Source: Blasia pusilla
Taxonomy: Eukaryota
Reading direction: 5' to 3'
DNA: 64,000 nucleotides
Assembly (NCBI GenBank): GCA_050084515.1
Contig: CM114271.1
Coordinates: forward strand, 48,298,001 to 48,362,000
The first letter of the stretch is position 1, and each line of letters starts with the position of its first letter. Under the pieces are notes generated by a model, which did no database searches, had not been told where the DNA came from, and saw only the letters and a program-made list of their open reading frames with translations. Below are positions 27,560 to 41,369 of this stretch, one piece after another. A program made the translations under genes and the position numbers.

Positions 27560-29545
27560 AAATTGTAACTCGGGATGTAATTGAAAATCGTAACTAGGGG
27601 GGCTAACTCGCAGATCTGAACCATTGAAGTTGTGGACGGATTTAAGGCCTTCACTTGTGCTAGGTTTCACCACCATCCAACAGTAGTACCAATTGTTCAC
27701 TCATGATAACATGAAAATGTCACAATGACTCGAAATAATCTCACTCTTGACCCCTCTTTTTCTACCCTCCACACTCCACATGCGGCCCAAAAATCATGAA
27801 TTTTTTTTAGGATGGCACCCCTAACCCAAAAATAGAGGGAACAAGAAAAGACTTCAAATGACCACTCACACACATAACTAAAAATCGCAAACCCTAAAAT
27901 TGATCTTCCATTTTTGGTTGGAGCATGGAGAGCTAACTCGCGGATTTGAGCTGTTGACCATGTGGACGGATGTAAGCCCTCCTTGTGTGCTAGGTTTCAT
28001 CACCATCCAATGATGAAAGCAAAAGATAACTCCATCATAACATGAAAATGCCACAAGGACTTCAAAGAATCCTACTCAACGCCCTCTTATTCCTTCTTGG
28101 CTTGTCATTTTGTACCGTGCACCCTCCACATGGGGCCCAAAAATCATGAAACATTTTTGAAGATGGCACCCTTAACCCAGGAATAGAGGAAAAAAGAAAA
28201 AACATCAAATGACCACTCACACATCGAACTAAAAAACGTAAACCCTAAAACCGGTCTTCCATTTTAGGTTTGAGATTGGAGCTAACTTGTAGATCTGAAC
28301 CATTGAAGTTTTGGAGGACATTAATGGACAGGCTCTGAAAAATATTCATCCACATCCAATGGTGGAAAACAAAATTACCACCATGTTACGATGAAAATGA
28401 GACAACGCCTAAGAAAAGGACTACTCAAAGTCCTCGTCTTCCTTCTTGATCCATCATTTTCTCCTCTCCTCCTCCTTAAATCTTGAAAATTTTCCCATTT
28501 TGAGGAACACAAGCCAAAAGGAAAAATCACAAATAGCCACTCATACATGGTATTAAAAACTGTAAACCCTAAATAAGGTTTTTTTATTTTTGGTATTAGC
28601 ATGGGAGCTTCAATAGAAGATCTGAACCGTCGAAGTTCTCGAGAAATCTAATATCAAGGCTAGGAAAAATATTCATCCCCATCAAATGGTGGAAAGAAAA
28701 GAAACCACTATGTTACCATGAAAATAATGCAACGCCTTGGAACTAGACTATTCAAAGTCCTTGTCCTCCTTCTTGATCCATCATTTTCTCCCCTCCTCCT
28801 TGACCATAAGTCCTAAAATCTTGAAACTGTTCCTAAGGGAGCAACCCAACTCCAGGAACACATATCAAAAGAAAAAATTACAAATGACTACTCACACATG
28901 GAATTAAAAACTGTAAACCCTAAAATTGATCTTTCATTTTGGTTTGAGCACGGAGAGCTAAGTGGCAGATCTGAACCGTTCAACATGTGGAGGGATTTAA
29001 GGCCTTGGTGTGTGCCAAGTTTCATCACCATCCAATGGTGGGAGAAAAATTAAACTTCATGATACAATAAAAATGCCATCATGACTCGAAACAATCCTAC
29101 TCAACGCCCTCTTCCTCCTTCTTGGCGTTGCCTTTTGTACCCTCCACCGTCCACATGGGGCCCAAAAATCATAAAAATTTCTCCTGGATGGAAACCCTAA
29201 CCCAGGAACAGAGGGAAAAAGAAAAAACTTCAAATGAACACTCACACATGGAATTAAAAATCGTAACCCTAAAACTGATCTTTCCTTTTTGGTTTGAGCA
29301 TGGAGAGCTAACTGGCAGATCTGAACTGTTGAAGCAGTGGAAGGATTTAGGACCTTGGCTTGTGTTAACTTTCATTGCCATCCAAAGATGTGAAAATTTT
29401 TTTATCTCCATGATGACATGAAAATGTCAGAGAGACGTGGAACCTTGTCTTCATACGTGAGCCCTCTTTTAGTACATTTCCACTTGAACCAAGGGTGCAA
29501 GAATGTTCAATTTTTTTCCCGAGGGGCAACCCAATCCTAGGAACA
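27560..29545. repeat. Degenerate tandem array, about 6 units of ~330-350 bp, inside the CACTA subterminal region
   Basis: Anchor gagctaact.gcagatctgaacc.ttgaag recurs at about 27600, 27930, 28280, 28605, 28955 and 29305; units carry AAACCCTAA-like motifs. Confidence 0.9.
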
Positions 29546-29845
29546 TAGGACATATGTATATTTATATATCCCAACAACATTAAAAAATACGTTACCATTA
29601 GAGCATGAGATCACAAAAACACACTAGTCCTTATTTATGACTATGTATTACTAGGCAAGTGAAAGAAGTATGACTAGTCTTTACTAAAGGGTATTGATAA
29701 CTAATTTAGTAATAAGTACATGACTAGGTGAGTTGTGCAACCTTAAAATTTAGGACTAAACCATTTTAGTCATACTTTGAGTCATTCTTTCGGCAAGTCA
29801 TTTAAAGCCTATAGTCATAAAAACCACACAATTCTTCTTCTAGTG

Positions 29846-32317
29846 AATTGAAATAGCAATTGAACGAAGTGAGAAAAGGATCGCAAAGCATCAATGACTA
29901 TATTTTGAATATTGGACATATTGATGATTAGTTGAGTAGCATTGGAGTGATAATAGAATATGATGATCTGATTTTGTTCACTCTTCAAGGCCTAGTAAAA
30001 GATTACAAGTCCTTTGAGACCTCTATATTAGAAAGAAGTATCCATCCTTTCAAGAGTTAGATCCATTGTTAATCAGTGAGGAGATGCGCCCAGTAGGCAG
30101 TAGTATCTCATCTAGTATGCAAGAGAGTGCGCAATTTGCATGTAATGGATCAAACATAGGCAGACTTTGTGGTAAAAGCTTTCTTGGTCAAGGTGGATAT
30201 GAAGCATATGGAGGAAGAGGCGCTCAACACAACGTCACTCAATCAACTATAAATTGGTACTAGACACAATCACAAGGTGCTGATGGTGGAAACTGTTGCG
30301 ATCGAGATCAATAAAAAAAGATCCTTGGATCTTGCAATTATTGTGGGATAAAGGATCATTATGCAAAGTTTTGCTTCAAGATGAAGGCAGATATGAGAAC
30401 AAGAGCCTTACAACAACAAAAATATATGGAGCAAAAACACTAAGGGTAGTATCAAGAACAACAACATTTAAAAATTGAGCACCTCTTGGTAATGATTCAT
30501 CATATGGGAGCTATGGTCAAGAAAGAATCGACAATACATTAGTACATCAAATCTAGTGGATCAAATCACATGACTTCACAAGCTAAATGGTTCAGCAGTA
30601 TGGAGCCGGTAAAAGATCCTACAATAGTGCTTGCAAGAGATGATACTCAAACATCATTTCACGCTACCGATAAAGTTCCAATAGCATCAGATGGTCTTTG
30701 TGCTCTTGGAAATGTTCTCTATGTCCTACGATTGCAAGAAATTTGATCTCTGTAGTACAAATAGTAGAACATGGTTATCAAGTGAAGATTAGCACAAATG
30801 GTTGTTTCATTGAAACAATGGATGACCAAATTATGATAACCAAAGGAACTAGATCTGGCAGAATGTTCAAATTAGATGTTTCCATGCTAGAGATTTAGAC
30901 CAAAATGTATGGTCAAACTAGCCAACAAGTCAGAGATCTAAATGTGTGGCATAAGAGAATTGGGCATGTGAATCTTCAAAGATTACAGAGTCTGTCATCA
31001 TCTAATCTAGTAATAAGACTTTCTAAATTAGCAAGTCTTACTACGCTAGAGGTGTGCCCTGCTTGCCAATTTGAAATTAAGCTAGATTTTCTTTTCCAAA
31101 GCAAGGTAGAAGAGCATCCAAGATATTGGAGTTGATTCACAATGATGTATAAACAACATCTGAACATAGCCTTAGTGGTTGCCAATACTTTGCTTCATTC
31201 ATTGATAACTTCTCAAGGCATATATGGGTATACTTTCTAAAAGTGAAGTCAAAAGTATTCTCAATGTTTCAAACTTTCAGAATTTTGGTAGAGAAGCAGA
31301 TTGGAGAACACATTCTTAAATTACATTGTGATGGAGGAGGAGAGTATATTTTAACATAATTTGATGACTACTTACATCAAAATGGCATCCAATGGAAATT
31401 GACTTGCCATTTCATTCCATAAAAAATGGAGTGGCTGAGAGGAAAAATCAACTTATTGTTGAGGCGGCACGAGCTATGTTGAATGAGAAGAACATGCCTA
31501 AAGTGTATTACGAAGAGGTTATAGCGTGCATAGTCTTTTTAATCAACCAAACTCTAACAGCAAGAGTTCATTATAAGACTCCACTTAAAGTTTTCATTGG
31601 AAGTAAACCTGATTTTTCCTTCTTGAAAATATTTGACTGTATTTGTTATGCTCATGTTCCTTTTGAAAGACGTTAGAAATTAGACCCTAAATCTAAAATA
31701 TGTATCTTCATTGGCTAAGCTGATGGAACTAAGGGGTATAAGTGCTACATTCCATCCTCTAGGAAACTTATTATTAGTTGCGATGTTGTCTTTGATCAGC
31801 TAAAGTCATGGTAGGTTCCATCTGAGCCTATTCCACCTCTAAACTCGTCTGTTGAGGTGAAGAATATGACTATAAATCAACAAATATTGCCTATAAATTC
31901 CCTAAGTATAAATGTAGGATTATGTAAGGTCCTAGATTTGTCAGTTAAATCTGTCAATCCTTGGACGAGAAGAGTACGTATTCAGTCAGTGGACACTAGT
32001 GAAAGCTCGAGTCAGGTGTCATAGGCATCCACCTCTAAACCAAAACTTTGTAGATCAAGTAGAGTCACACATCTAGTTCATAGATTTATAAATGATGGAT
32101 TCCTTGCGACACATCATGCATATATGATGACTATCCTTCAAGAATAGGAGCCGAGTTGTTTTGAAGAAGCTGCAAACAAGGTCGAATGGGTTGAAGTTAT
32201 AGAGGTAGAGCTTTTTGCATTAAGACATCAACATACCTTGGAGCAGGTTGATATACATGCCGGTAAGAAAGCTATTGGTCGCAAAGGGGTTTACAAAGTC
32301 AAGCGCAATCAAGATAA
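29846..32317 (+). mobile_element. Ty1/copia copy 2, 3' part (gag-PR-INT to start of RT; truncated)
   Basis: Continues gag after the CACTA TSD; LNVWHKRIGHVN, NGVAERKNQLIVEAARAML; ends at YKVKRNQD with no RT core or LTR. Confidence 0.92.
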
Positions 32318-32703
32318 TCTGATGGTTTGGGTCCGAAAAGGAATTATTAATTTGTGGGATTTTTGCTCACAACTCTATTTTTCTTGAAACCATTCAAGTT
32401 TTAAAGTTGTAAGGTCTAACACGATCAAGAGTGGAGTTTCGATTTCGAGCCCATTTTAGGGGGCCAATCTGGACAAGCTGGTATGGCTACTCTTAGACGC
32501 GCATTTCTGGATAGGAAATAGAAAAATTTTGGGCCACGGGGTTGTGTAAAACCAGTAATATTGCAAGGAGAAATTGAGTGAACTGCTTCTTCAGGGAGAA
32601 ACTTAGTGAGGAAGTCTTCAACTCGCGCTCATATCCTCCATTTTCAAGTTGCTCTGCCAAAATTTTGATTCCAGTCTCAATAAATCCATTTTCATCAATA
32701 ACC

Positions 32704-33330
32704 ATGGAAAGTATTGATGCAAGAAAGAGGACCAGAGAAGTTGTGATCGAGCTTGGCCAAGATTCCAAACCTGGATAAGCACTGTATAAAGGCGATAGAG
32801 GCAATACATCACTTCAAGACATTGGGAAACGCAAGAGGAAATCCAACCACGCCAATTCTTACTCTCCATTTTCTAGTACCAATCTGTCTTTATCAGATAT
32901 GAATAGGAACTTTGATGATGCATTTGTGAAGATTTTCATGCGCCCTCTAGGAAATAAGGCAGAAAAATCTCATAAGGGAACATTTTCAGAGTTGCAAGAG
33001 TTGTCAACCAGGTTGAAAGTAATCTCAGATGTTTGCAATACAATGGAGTCTATTGTGAAGGGATTTTAGAATCAACGAATTTTGCTAGACAAGCTAGAAA
33101 GTTACCCTTTAGAAAAAACCATTGATGGTTTGCCGGAAATCATTGAGAAGTTTGTGTTACAAGTGAAAGCTCTTTTGACAGATGAGAGTATCGTACAATT
33201 GATGATGGCAAACAGTGAGGTTTTGCAACGTTTAGATCAGAATTGTAGTGCTTGGGAATTTCTACGAGCTCGGATTTCCTTTGATCTTTGCCCCAAGAAG
33301 TTTAGGCATCCAGTTCTTCATCGATCTTGA
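32704..33330 (+). pseudogene. Degenerate 209-codon ORF of unknown family (two internal stops)
   Basis: One frame from ATG 32704 to TGA 33330, broken only by TAA 32776 and TAG 33067; contains KRKRK and a helical/coiled-coil-like C-terminal half. Confidence 0.5.
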
Positions 33331-35982
33331 ATCCATATTATCTCAGACGACATTTATTTGAGCTTTATTTTGGTTGTAGGCTTGGCATACTTGGGAGATG
33401 ATCTTATGTATCTATTTGTCACACAGATATTCTAATAACTTTCTAATCAAAAATCAATTAAATAATCTTCTGTTTTCATGATATTTCCTTTATCATATCC
33501 TATTCATGGTCTGCTAAGTCTGTATTGAAATAAACCTACACATGCACTATACACACTATACTTTTAGCTTAAAGCACTTGATCCTCTTAGGCGATGTCAC
33601 TTTTCACTCCCTATTTTATTTAAAAAACATAGGGACCTATTGTCCATTGACTCTACCTCAGCAAGCACATGAACATGTTGAAGATGATTGCATAATGCCT
33701 TCCCTTCCATATATTCAATGTTGTTGGAGTACTTTATATTGCATACTATAATGGATCCAAAAAACATTGTGACACGTTAGATTTAGATAGCTAATCTCTT
33801 GAATAGTTTGGGTAAATTTGAGGATCTGCCCAACACATAGTCCTTATTGTATGAGCAAAATATTTACATGCCTTGAAAAGCTAAATATTTTATATATAAA
33901 AGGATTGATCACTAGCACGTTTTGTTACATACAATGTCAGAATATTTTCTGTTTCATACTTGCAATTAGAAATCCCATCTTCCAAGTGTTACATCCATCA
34001 AACCATCTTGCCCATATCACATATGGGACCGCCACTAACTATATATGAAGCATATAAAGCATTTCCTCAATGGGAATGCTATAATGCTTTCTTTCTCCTA
34101 CCAAAATAATATGCGTCTGTGAGTTTGTGGCAAAAGTGGAATGTTCTTTGACATGTTTGCCACATATAACCATTCTTTATACAATTGCTTCATTTCATGC
34201 TTGGTATATCACATAACGAAAGCCTACCAAATGGTCAAAACTTTATCCAATGTCAATTTAGGAAGTATGACATAATATCAATCATGAGGACATTCACTCT
34301 TCAACTTGAGAGTTAGCCCTCTCTCAAGCAATAGTACTTTTTACTACGTACTACATCATTCTGCTAGACTACACCGATAAAAATCTACAATTTCTTGTAA
34401 TATGCCTTATTTTGGCGACCAAACCTTAATAGTCCACCACTTTTCCTCCTCGTCAATTTTCTTCTTGTATCTGGAAAGTTGTTCTTCCCACTGATTTTCC
34501 ATAAACCATGCTAGAGCTTTAGCCTCTCTTTCTCCTCTTCCTCATCAATTGCACATTTGATGTAGAACTTGGCAACTTCCTATGCACATTGTTTTAACTC
34601 TTATTCCACTTCCTCAATTTTTTCTAGCTCTATCTCTTCCTCTATACTAGCTCTTCTAATTTTGATTGGGGGAGGCTTTGTAGCCAAACTTTTTTCATCT
34701 GATTCACTTGGAGCCATACGCCTTCAGTACCTACCCTTCATTCACAATATAAACAACACAAGTTAAAATATCACCACTACTCAGTTAAAGCAAGTTTCAA
34801 GGTCTAGAATGTATTTGAAGCAATTATCAAGAGAACAAATAATAGGATGATCAATTTTGACTTCATCAGCAACACTGGTGGTGTATAGAAAATGGTTTGA
34901 TTATAAACTAGTCCACTTCTAATAAATTACATTTGCCTCAATAGTATCTACACCATCACAAGGAAGACATTCCAGCTATCTAAGTGATTGTTGACTCAAA
35001 ATAACCTTCTCATAGGGTCGTCATGTGAGGGCTATCTCCTCATTCACGGACATTGTATTTTTCTGAGTGCTTTTCTTTCTTATGAGAACATATCAAGTAA
35101 AATCTAGTATTTGAGATAATATATCTCAACCTGATTGATCATACCGGACGAATGTGTTTGTCAACACATTCTTTCCAAAGTGGCTATGCCTTCTCCTTAA
35201 AGATGATATATAATATTTACAAGATTCACTCAATTCTACGTTACATACATATAGATCATTTTATTCAAACATCACACATGATAGCTTAATACGCATAAGC
35301 ATCTACCATTCATACAATCCTCTCTCATGAAATCGAGAGCATTATGATAGCCCCAAATTATGATAGATCAGAAAGCACATCTCTCGCAACATGGTCACTT
35401 TTGGCATCCACATCCAACCCAAACGACTCAACAGATAAAATAAGGTGAGATCCTATAGAGTGGCTCTTGAACTTTCCGTGATGAAAAAACTCAGCTTACA
35501 ACAAAAGTAACATGATAAATTTATTGAACCCATGACTTGTATACGCATTGGTGGGGAGGGATCAACATGTTCATAAATACGTTCCTCTTGATCTGATGTT
35601 CACAAATGTATTGAACCCATGACTTGTAAATTTACATGGAAAGCATTCCGACATTGTCTAATGGGATACTCACAAGGCTTTGCACTTCAAATTAACTATG
35701 AACTGAAATCTCTGCACGACATACCACAATAATGATTCCATTCACAGGGTTGAGGGAATGAATGTGGACTAGATCATGCACAATGGCACCCAATGAATAG
35801 AAAAGCCCATCACATGCCAACCTTGAAAATATAAAGCATTCTAACTCTGTCAAAACAAACAGGGCCTCAACTTTCAACAAACACACACCAACGGCTTCAC
35901 ATGGCTTCAAGTAGTTACTTACAACACCTAATATATGTACACGGTAGAACCCATGAGACAATAGAGAACAAAGAGTACAAAT

Positions 35983-37345
35983 GAAGGAGTGGCATTTCGA
36001 ATTTGACCGATGAACATGCATATTACAAAAGCAAACACCAATGGCCACATCTCTAAATAATATGCTGACACGCGGAACCTATTACACTTGGACAAGAATC
36101 GGATCAATAAAACAGTTGCTCCAAATCCCTTTAAGATAGGCACGCAAATTGACCCTAAATTCGTGCGTTGCCAATTGTGCTTATGGAAGGCATTCCGGAC
36201 TCGTAGTAAGTATTGGAGCCGTGGATGTCAACATCGGGCCAAAAAAATCTTCGTGGGTTTATCACAGGAGGTACCTTATACACCTGCGCAATGATTGAAC
36301 CCATCTATGGGTAATACACATCGGTGGGGAGAAATGAACGTGTTCATACACACGTTCCTCTTGATCCGATGTTCAAATGAAGAAGTGGCATTTCGAATTT
36401 GATCGATGAACATGCATATTACAAAAGCAAACACCAATGGCCACATCTCTAAATAATATGGTGACGCGCCCAACTGATTACACTTGGACGAGTATCGGAT
36501 CAATAAAATAGTTGCTCCAATCCCCTTAAGATAGTCACACAAATTGACCCTAAATTCGTACGTCCCCAATTGTGCTTATGGAAGGCATTCCAGACTTGCA
36601 GTAAGTATTGGAGCCGCGGATGTCAACATCGGGCCAAAATCTTCGTGGGTTTACCACAGGAGGTACCTAATACACCTGCGCAATGACAAACACGTTCTTC
36701 TTGTTCTCATGTTCATAAAATGTACACAAACCTCACCTTCACGTTGAGACAGAAGGAGGAGATTCAACAATACATTTGAAGCCAATACGAAGCAATCCCA
36801 CTCATGCCAATAAGGAATAGGATCACGAATGAAGCAGGATCAGCAATACAGAGCCAACATGAGCATGAACGAAGAAGTGGCATTTCGAATTTGACCGATG
36901 AACATGCATATTAGAAAAGCAAACACCAATGACCACATCTCTAAATAATATGCTAACGTGGGGAATCGAGAATCGGATCAATAAGACAGTTGCTCCAAAT
37001 CCCCTTAAGATAGGCGCGCAAATTGACCCTAAATTCGTGCGCTGCCAAATGTGCTTATGGAAGGCATTCCAGACTGGCAGTTAGTATCGGAGCCGCGGAT
37101 GTCAACATTGGGCCAAAATCTTCGTGGGTTTATCACAAGAGGTACCTAATACACCTGCGCAATGATTGAACCCTTCCTCTTGTTCTCATGTTCATAAAAT
37201 GTACACAAACCTCACCTTCACGGACGGACAGAGGAGATTCAACAATACATTTGAAGCCAATACGAACAATCCCACTCAAGCCAATAAGGAATAGGACCAC
37301 GAACGAAGCAGGATGAGCAATACAGAGCCAACATGAGCATGAACG
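35983..37345. repeat. Tandem triplication, units ~400-490 bp
   Basis: gaagtggcatttcgaatttga.cgatgaacatgcatatta.aaaagcaaacaccaat starts at about 35983, 36379 and 36871, with high identity between copies. Confidence 0.93.
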
Positions 37346-38932
37346 ATGAAGAAGCCAAAACGTTCAGAAATCAGCGCCTGTAGGACCAAAGTAGATTGAA
37401 GAAGCAAATACGGAGCAGGTTGAGGCAACATGACCACGAATGAATTGCAAACAAGCTCCCTCAGGCCTCAACGAAAGAATTGCAGACAAAATCCCTCAGG
37501 GCTGGCGGGGTCACTACCTCTCCAATGCGCCAACGTTTCAACATCACTCCCTCACATGGTTTCCAGCGTGGAAGACTGCAATGAGATTTGCCCAACCCAG
37601 TCTTGCTACTGATTTATAGCGTACTACATTTGAATTTCAAATCTGACACGGTGGATGGCATGCACTCACCATCCGCATGCAATTTACATGCGTATGAGAC
37701 CCTGCCACCCACATAAGAATGGATATCCATCTTCGGATATTTGATGCCGACCCTTAATAGTGCCGCCGCCGGAAAGTTTGAGCACGGGCATTACTAGAGA
37801 CGATCCCGATTCCGAGCAGGCAATACGGGTGAAAGGACCCGTCACTCAAACACGGCCCACGAGGGCAATAACACCTCTGATCTCTCGGACTATCGTGAGG
37901 CAGAAAATGTTTTCCCTCTGCAAGAAATAAATTTTGGACGTAACATGGTTAGTTCGTGCAAGAGTGAGGGATGAAGTTTAAGAATAACTAGTTTGACACG
38001 CGATGCCAACTAGTTATTCGTAATCATGACTAACTTCTCACGTTTTGGACTTGATGACGTGTTGTTACAAGTCCACCGTCTCCGATCTAAGACTGTCACG
38101 GCTGCACGGATCGGGACTTCCAGAGAATTCAGAGTTTCAGACTGCATCGTGTTCGTCTTTAGTCGCAACGTTTCGTGCGGTGCAGACTAGACAGAAACGG
38201 CATCCAACAAACGTACGAAAAATCTGTGAAGAGAAAGTGGTTCTTCAGTACGACTAATTGTTACCCATCAATTCATCGGGCAAGAGCGGCGAAGGTGGGA
38301 GGGAGTGAAGGGAGTCACTAGTTTGCATCGTGTTGAGTTGGGTTTGTAAGTTGCAGTAACGCACAGATGTAGGGTTTCATGGAGGAAGCGAGCGATTACG
38401 CAGCCTTTCTCTCTCTTTGATTGATCATAGCACGGAATCGCCCACAAGTTCTGCGTCCATCGACCATGGGTTGTGCTGGATGAAGGTGGTGAGCAAGCAT
38501 GGCGAGATCGGATCGTCGTTTGGAGAATGCTCAATTTCGTTACGGTCTGAGTCGCGCAGGTGAGAGAGAGGGATGGACGGACGGACGGGGGGAGTAGGCG
38601 GGAGCTTGGAGTGATTGAAGGTTCCTCTGACAGAACAGAGGAATTAGCGGTTTTCGTGTGATGGTGTGGAGAACAGAGAATCTGAGGTCATTTTATTTAA
38701 GTCCTCGTTCGGGATAATGGTAGGGTTGCTGTGAAAGTGCAGGAGGGCAAGTCGGTTGGCAATTTCGTATGTGGATCGAGCAGTGGAGTGAAAGGAGAGT
38801 CGATTGTGTCGGACGGCGGTCAGCTTAGGTGGGTTAGGAGATTGTGTCGTGGATGTTCATCCTGGAATTTACAGCTATGAGAGCGGAAGGAGAGAATTAG
38901 AGCAAGAGATATGAGGCCTGGAGTTTTCAGAT

Positions 38933-41369
38933 ATGGGTTCCCAGGAGCCCGGGGAGGAAATCAGTTCAAATCGGAGCGACGATGTAGAGGACTTGGCTCT
39001 GAGTCAAGATGTAAAAGTGGTGGATTGGGAGGATTTTCACGATGCTTTTGTGCACATGGGGGGTGTAGCAGTTAACCTCGCCAAAGTTCGGGCTAGGAAA
39101 GAAGCTCTCGTGGAAAGACTCCAGGCTGCCATCGAGGTAGTAATACGTCATCACCCCTTGCTTTTACTTCGTTGCCAGGACTAGGCGACTTAACTCGAAG
39201 ACGTCAATTTGTCGCTCGGGCACATCTCTAATCTGTAATGGAAAATTCTCACCATCATTTTGCAGCTATAGTACAATATAACCGTGTCAGCTTGATATGC
39301 TTGTCATCGTCCGAGGTTCTTAAATTGGGAAGACGCCAACTTCACAGTTCCCGTGTTGATGTATCCTCTACATTATGCTGTCCTTTTCCATTGCCAGTAG
39401 TATTTACCAGACAGATGCAGTCAAGATGGACAAAATGTGTCCCAGATCAAACTGTCACATGTGGAGTGGAAGTCACTTGCATTGGGTGTGTAATCTTGTC
39501 AATTTGATTCACTAGTCAGCGTTTGAGATTAGGAGAATTGGAGAATGCTTGGAGTTCAGCTTGTCCGTCCTGATAAATTTGGGTTTGAAATTTTAAATTG
39601 TCAGAAAGGCACAAATTCCTTGAAGCGTGTTGATGCCTTAGAAGCAATGAAAAGGAGACTCCGAGAGAAGCAAGAAATCTTGGACAGCGCAAAGATTTCT
39701 CTAAAAGAAATGGGTCACCAGTTGGTGGAAACACGAGAGAAGCTCCTTCCTTCAGCGCAAGCATTGCTCCACTCAACCAAGACCCTGGCTAGTGCTCAGG
39801 GACGTCTGCAGGTGGGGCGAAAACTTGGTGATGGAACTGCTGCCATCATGTTCGTCTGCTGGTGTGTTGTGAGTTCAACATGTAAGGTGCCTAGCTGAGT
39901 TTGAAGAGTTGATTCCGAGTCTGTGCAGGAGGCAGACAAGTTATTGAATGGAGAAGGAGGATATGGCCGCTTGATTCAGTTGAGAAAACTCTTGGATGCT
40001 AGACGTCGTCAAATGGTTGGGCAAGTGGCTTCTTTGTATCCACTTGCCACTTGCACCTCTCCCGGACCTTCTACAACTCAGAAACAGAGTTTGACCACAG
40101 ATCCAAACTCTCAGCCGTCAGGTTAGTGCTCCTTTCTTTTTTAGCTTGTGGCCCAATGAGAATGCCTAGCAGAGCTGGAGCTGAGGATTCAGTCCAAGTA
40201 GAAAGTTTCTTAGATTTGTAGTAGTACTAAAACATACCTGGGCTATATTGTGTTGTGCATGTTTTAATGTGTTTCATGTCTTCCTCTTTGTTGGCATGGA
40301 CAGGAAAAGTGGGGTTTTGGCACTGTTTAGTTACCACAAGTCTACATTCTTTTTGGGGGGAGTGGTGAATATCTGGTAGACCACTGTGTAGGTCTAGGCT
40401 TCAGGTGATGGCTAGTGCACTCGAAGGACTGCTTCTGAAGTGATTCTACTGTGGTTGTCTTGTCAATTTCCTGTACTTTGGGCTTTATCAAAACCAGGCG
40501 CATCCAACCATGCAACTACTGGATCACCAGGTACTGATTCTTCAATCTCTGGTTCTGGACATGGGGATGTGGCTTCCAACTCTGTGGAGGAAACGTCGAT
40601 AGCTATTGCAGGCTTACAACTGCTTGTTCCAGCAAAGAAGCAGCCTGGACTTTTCAATGAGAAAAATGACTATGAGACATCTGCTACAGCACTTGGTTAC
40701 GTAGCTCATGTAAGTGCTTTGAGGTTTCTTTGTATGTATGCGTCCATGGGAAAAGAAGCACATTTCTTCCTTCCTCATGAAAGTCACTTGTTTGCACTGC
40801 AAGTTCTTTAAATTTTCGGCGCTAAAGTGGTCTCTATGTATATGATCTGCACTCGTTTCACAGGTTGTATCTTTGACGGCTGCATACTTGGATGTTCCAC
40901 TGCGATATCCTGTACGCGTGGGAGCTTCTCGCTCTTACATCCAGGACTATTGCCCTGCAGCAGAGCCTGCAATAATAGACACGGGGGCATTTGTAGTGCC
41001 ATCAAGTTCACCCAAGCCAGCTGTAGAGTTTCCACTCTTCTCTGATGGTCAAGAAGTCACAAGATCCGCTTATGCTGTGTTCTTGCTGAACAAGGTAACT
41101 TGCTCTTACATTACCTTTATGTTCATCCAGCATGTCCGTGAACTCTGAATGTTTTAGTATGATGGACATGGGACTAGATTTAATACCTTGTTGCGACCTC
41201 AGGGTTTCTTTTGAGCGGATTTTCTAATCAGTGTATTGAAATGAGTCTGCAGGATCTAGAACAGGTACTAAATCGTTTCGGAATTGATTCTGTGGGACCG
41301 CGACATACTCTCCCAAACTTGAATAGGTTAATCAATACTGTCACGACTGGAATCCAGCCATTAGCCTAA
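38933..41369 (+). CDS. VPS38: UVRAG/VPS38-like subunit of PI3K complex II; exons 38933-39136, 39605-39811, 39929-40121, 40498-40709, 40864-41094, 41253-41369 (387 aa)
   Basis: All introns GT-AG and phase-compatible; KVVDWEDF N-terminus, long coiled coil, SATALGYVAH, AYLDVPLRYP, RSAYAVFLLNKDLEQVL, GPRHTLPNL as in plant VPS38/UVRAG proteins. Confidence 0.9.

Noticed and set aside
27560..29545. Repeat array as a CRISPR-like locus
   Set aside because: Whole ~340 bp units are homologous, with no unique spacers and no cas genes, in a eukaryotic context.
38560..38930. 5' UTR intron of VPS38 (cag|GTGAGA donor; acceptors at 38874 or 38930)
   Set aside because: Plausible, but the acceptor cannot be chosen without transcript data.
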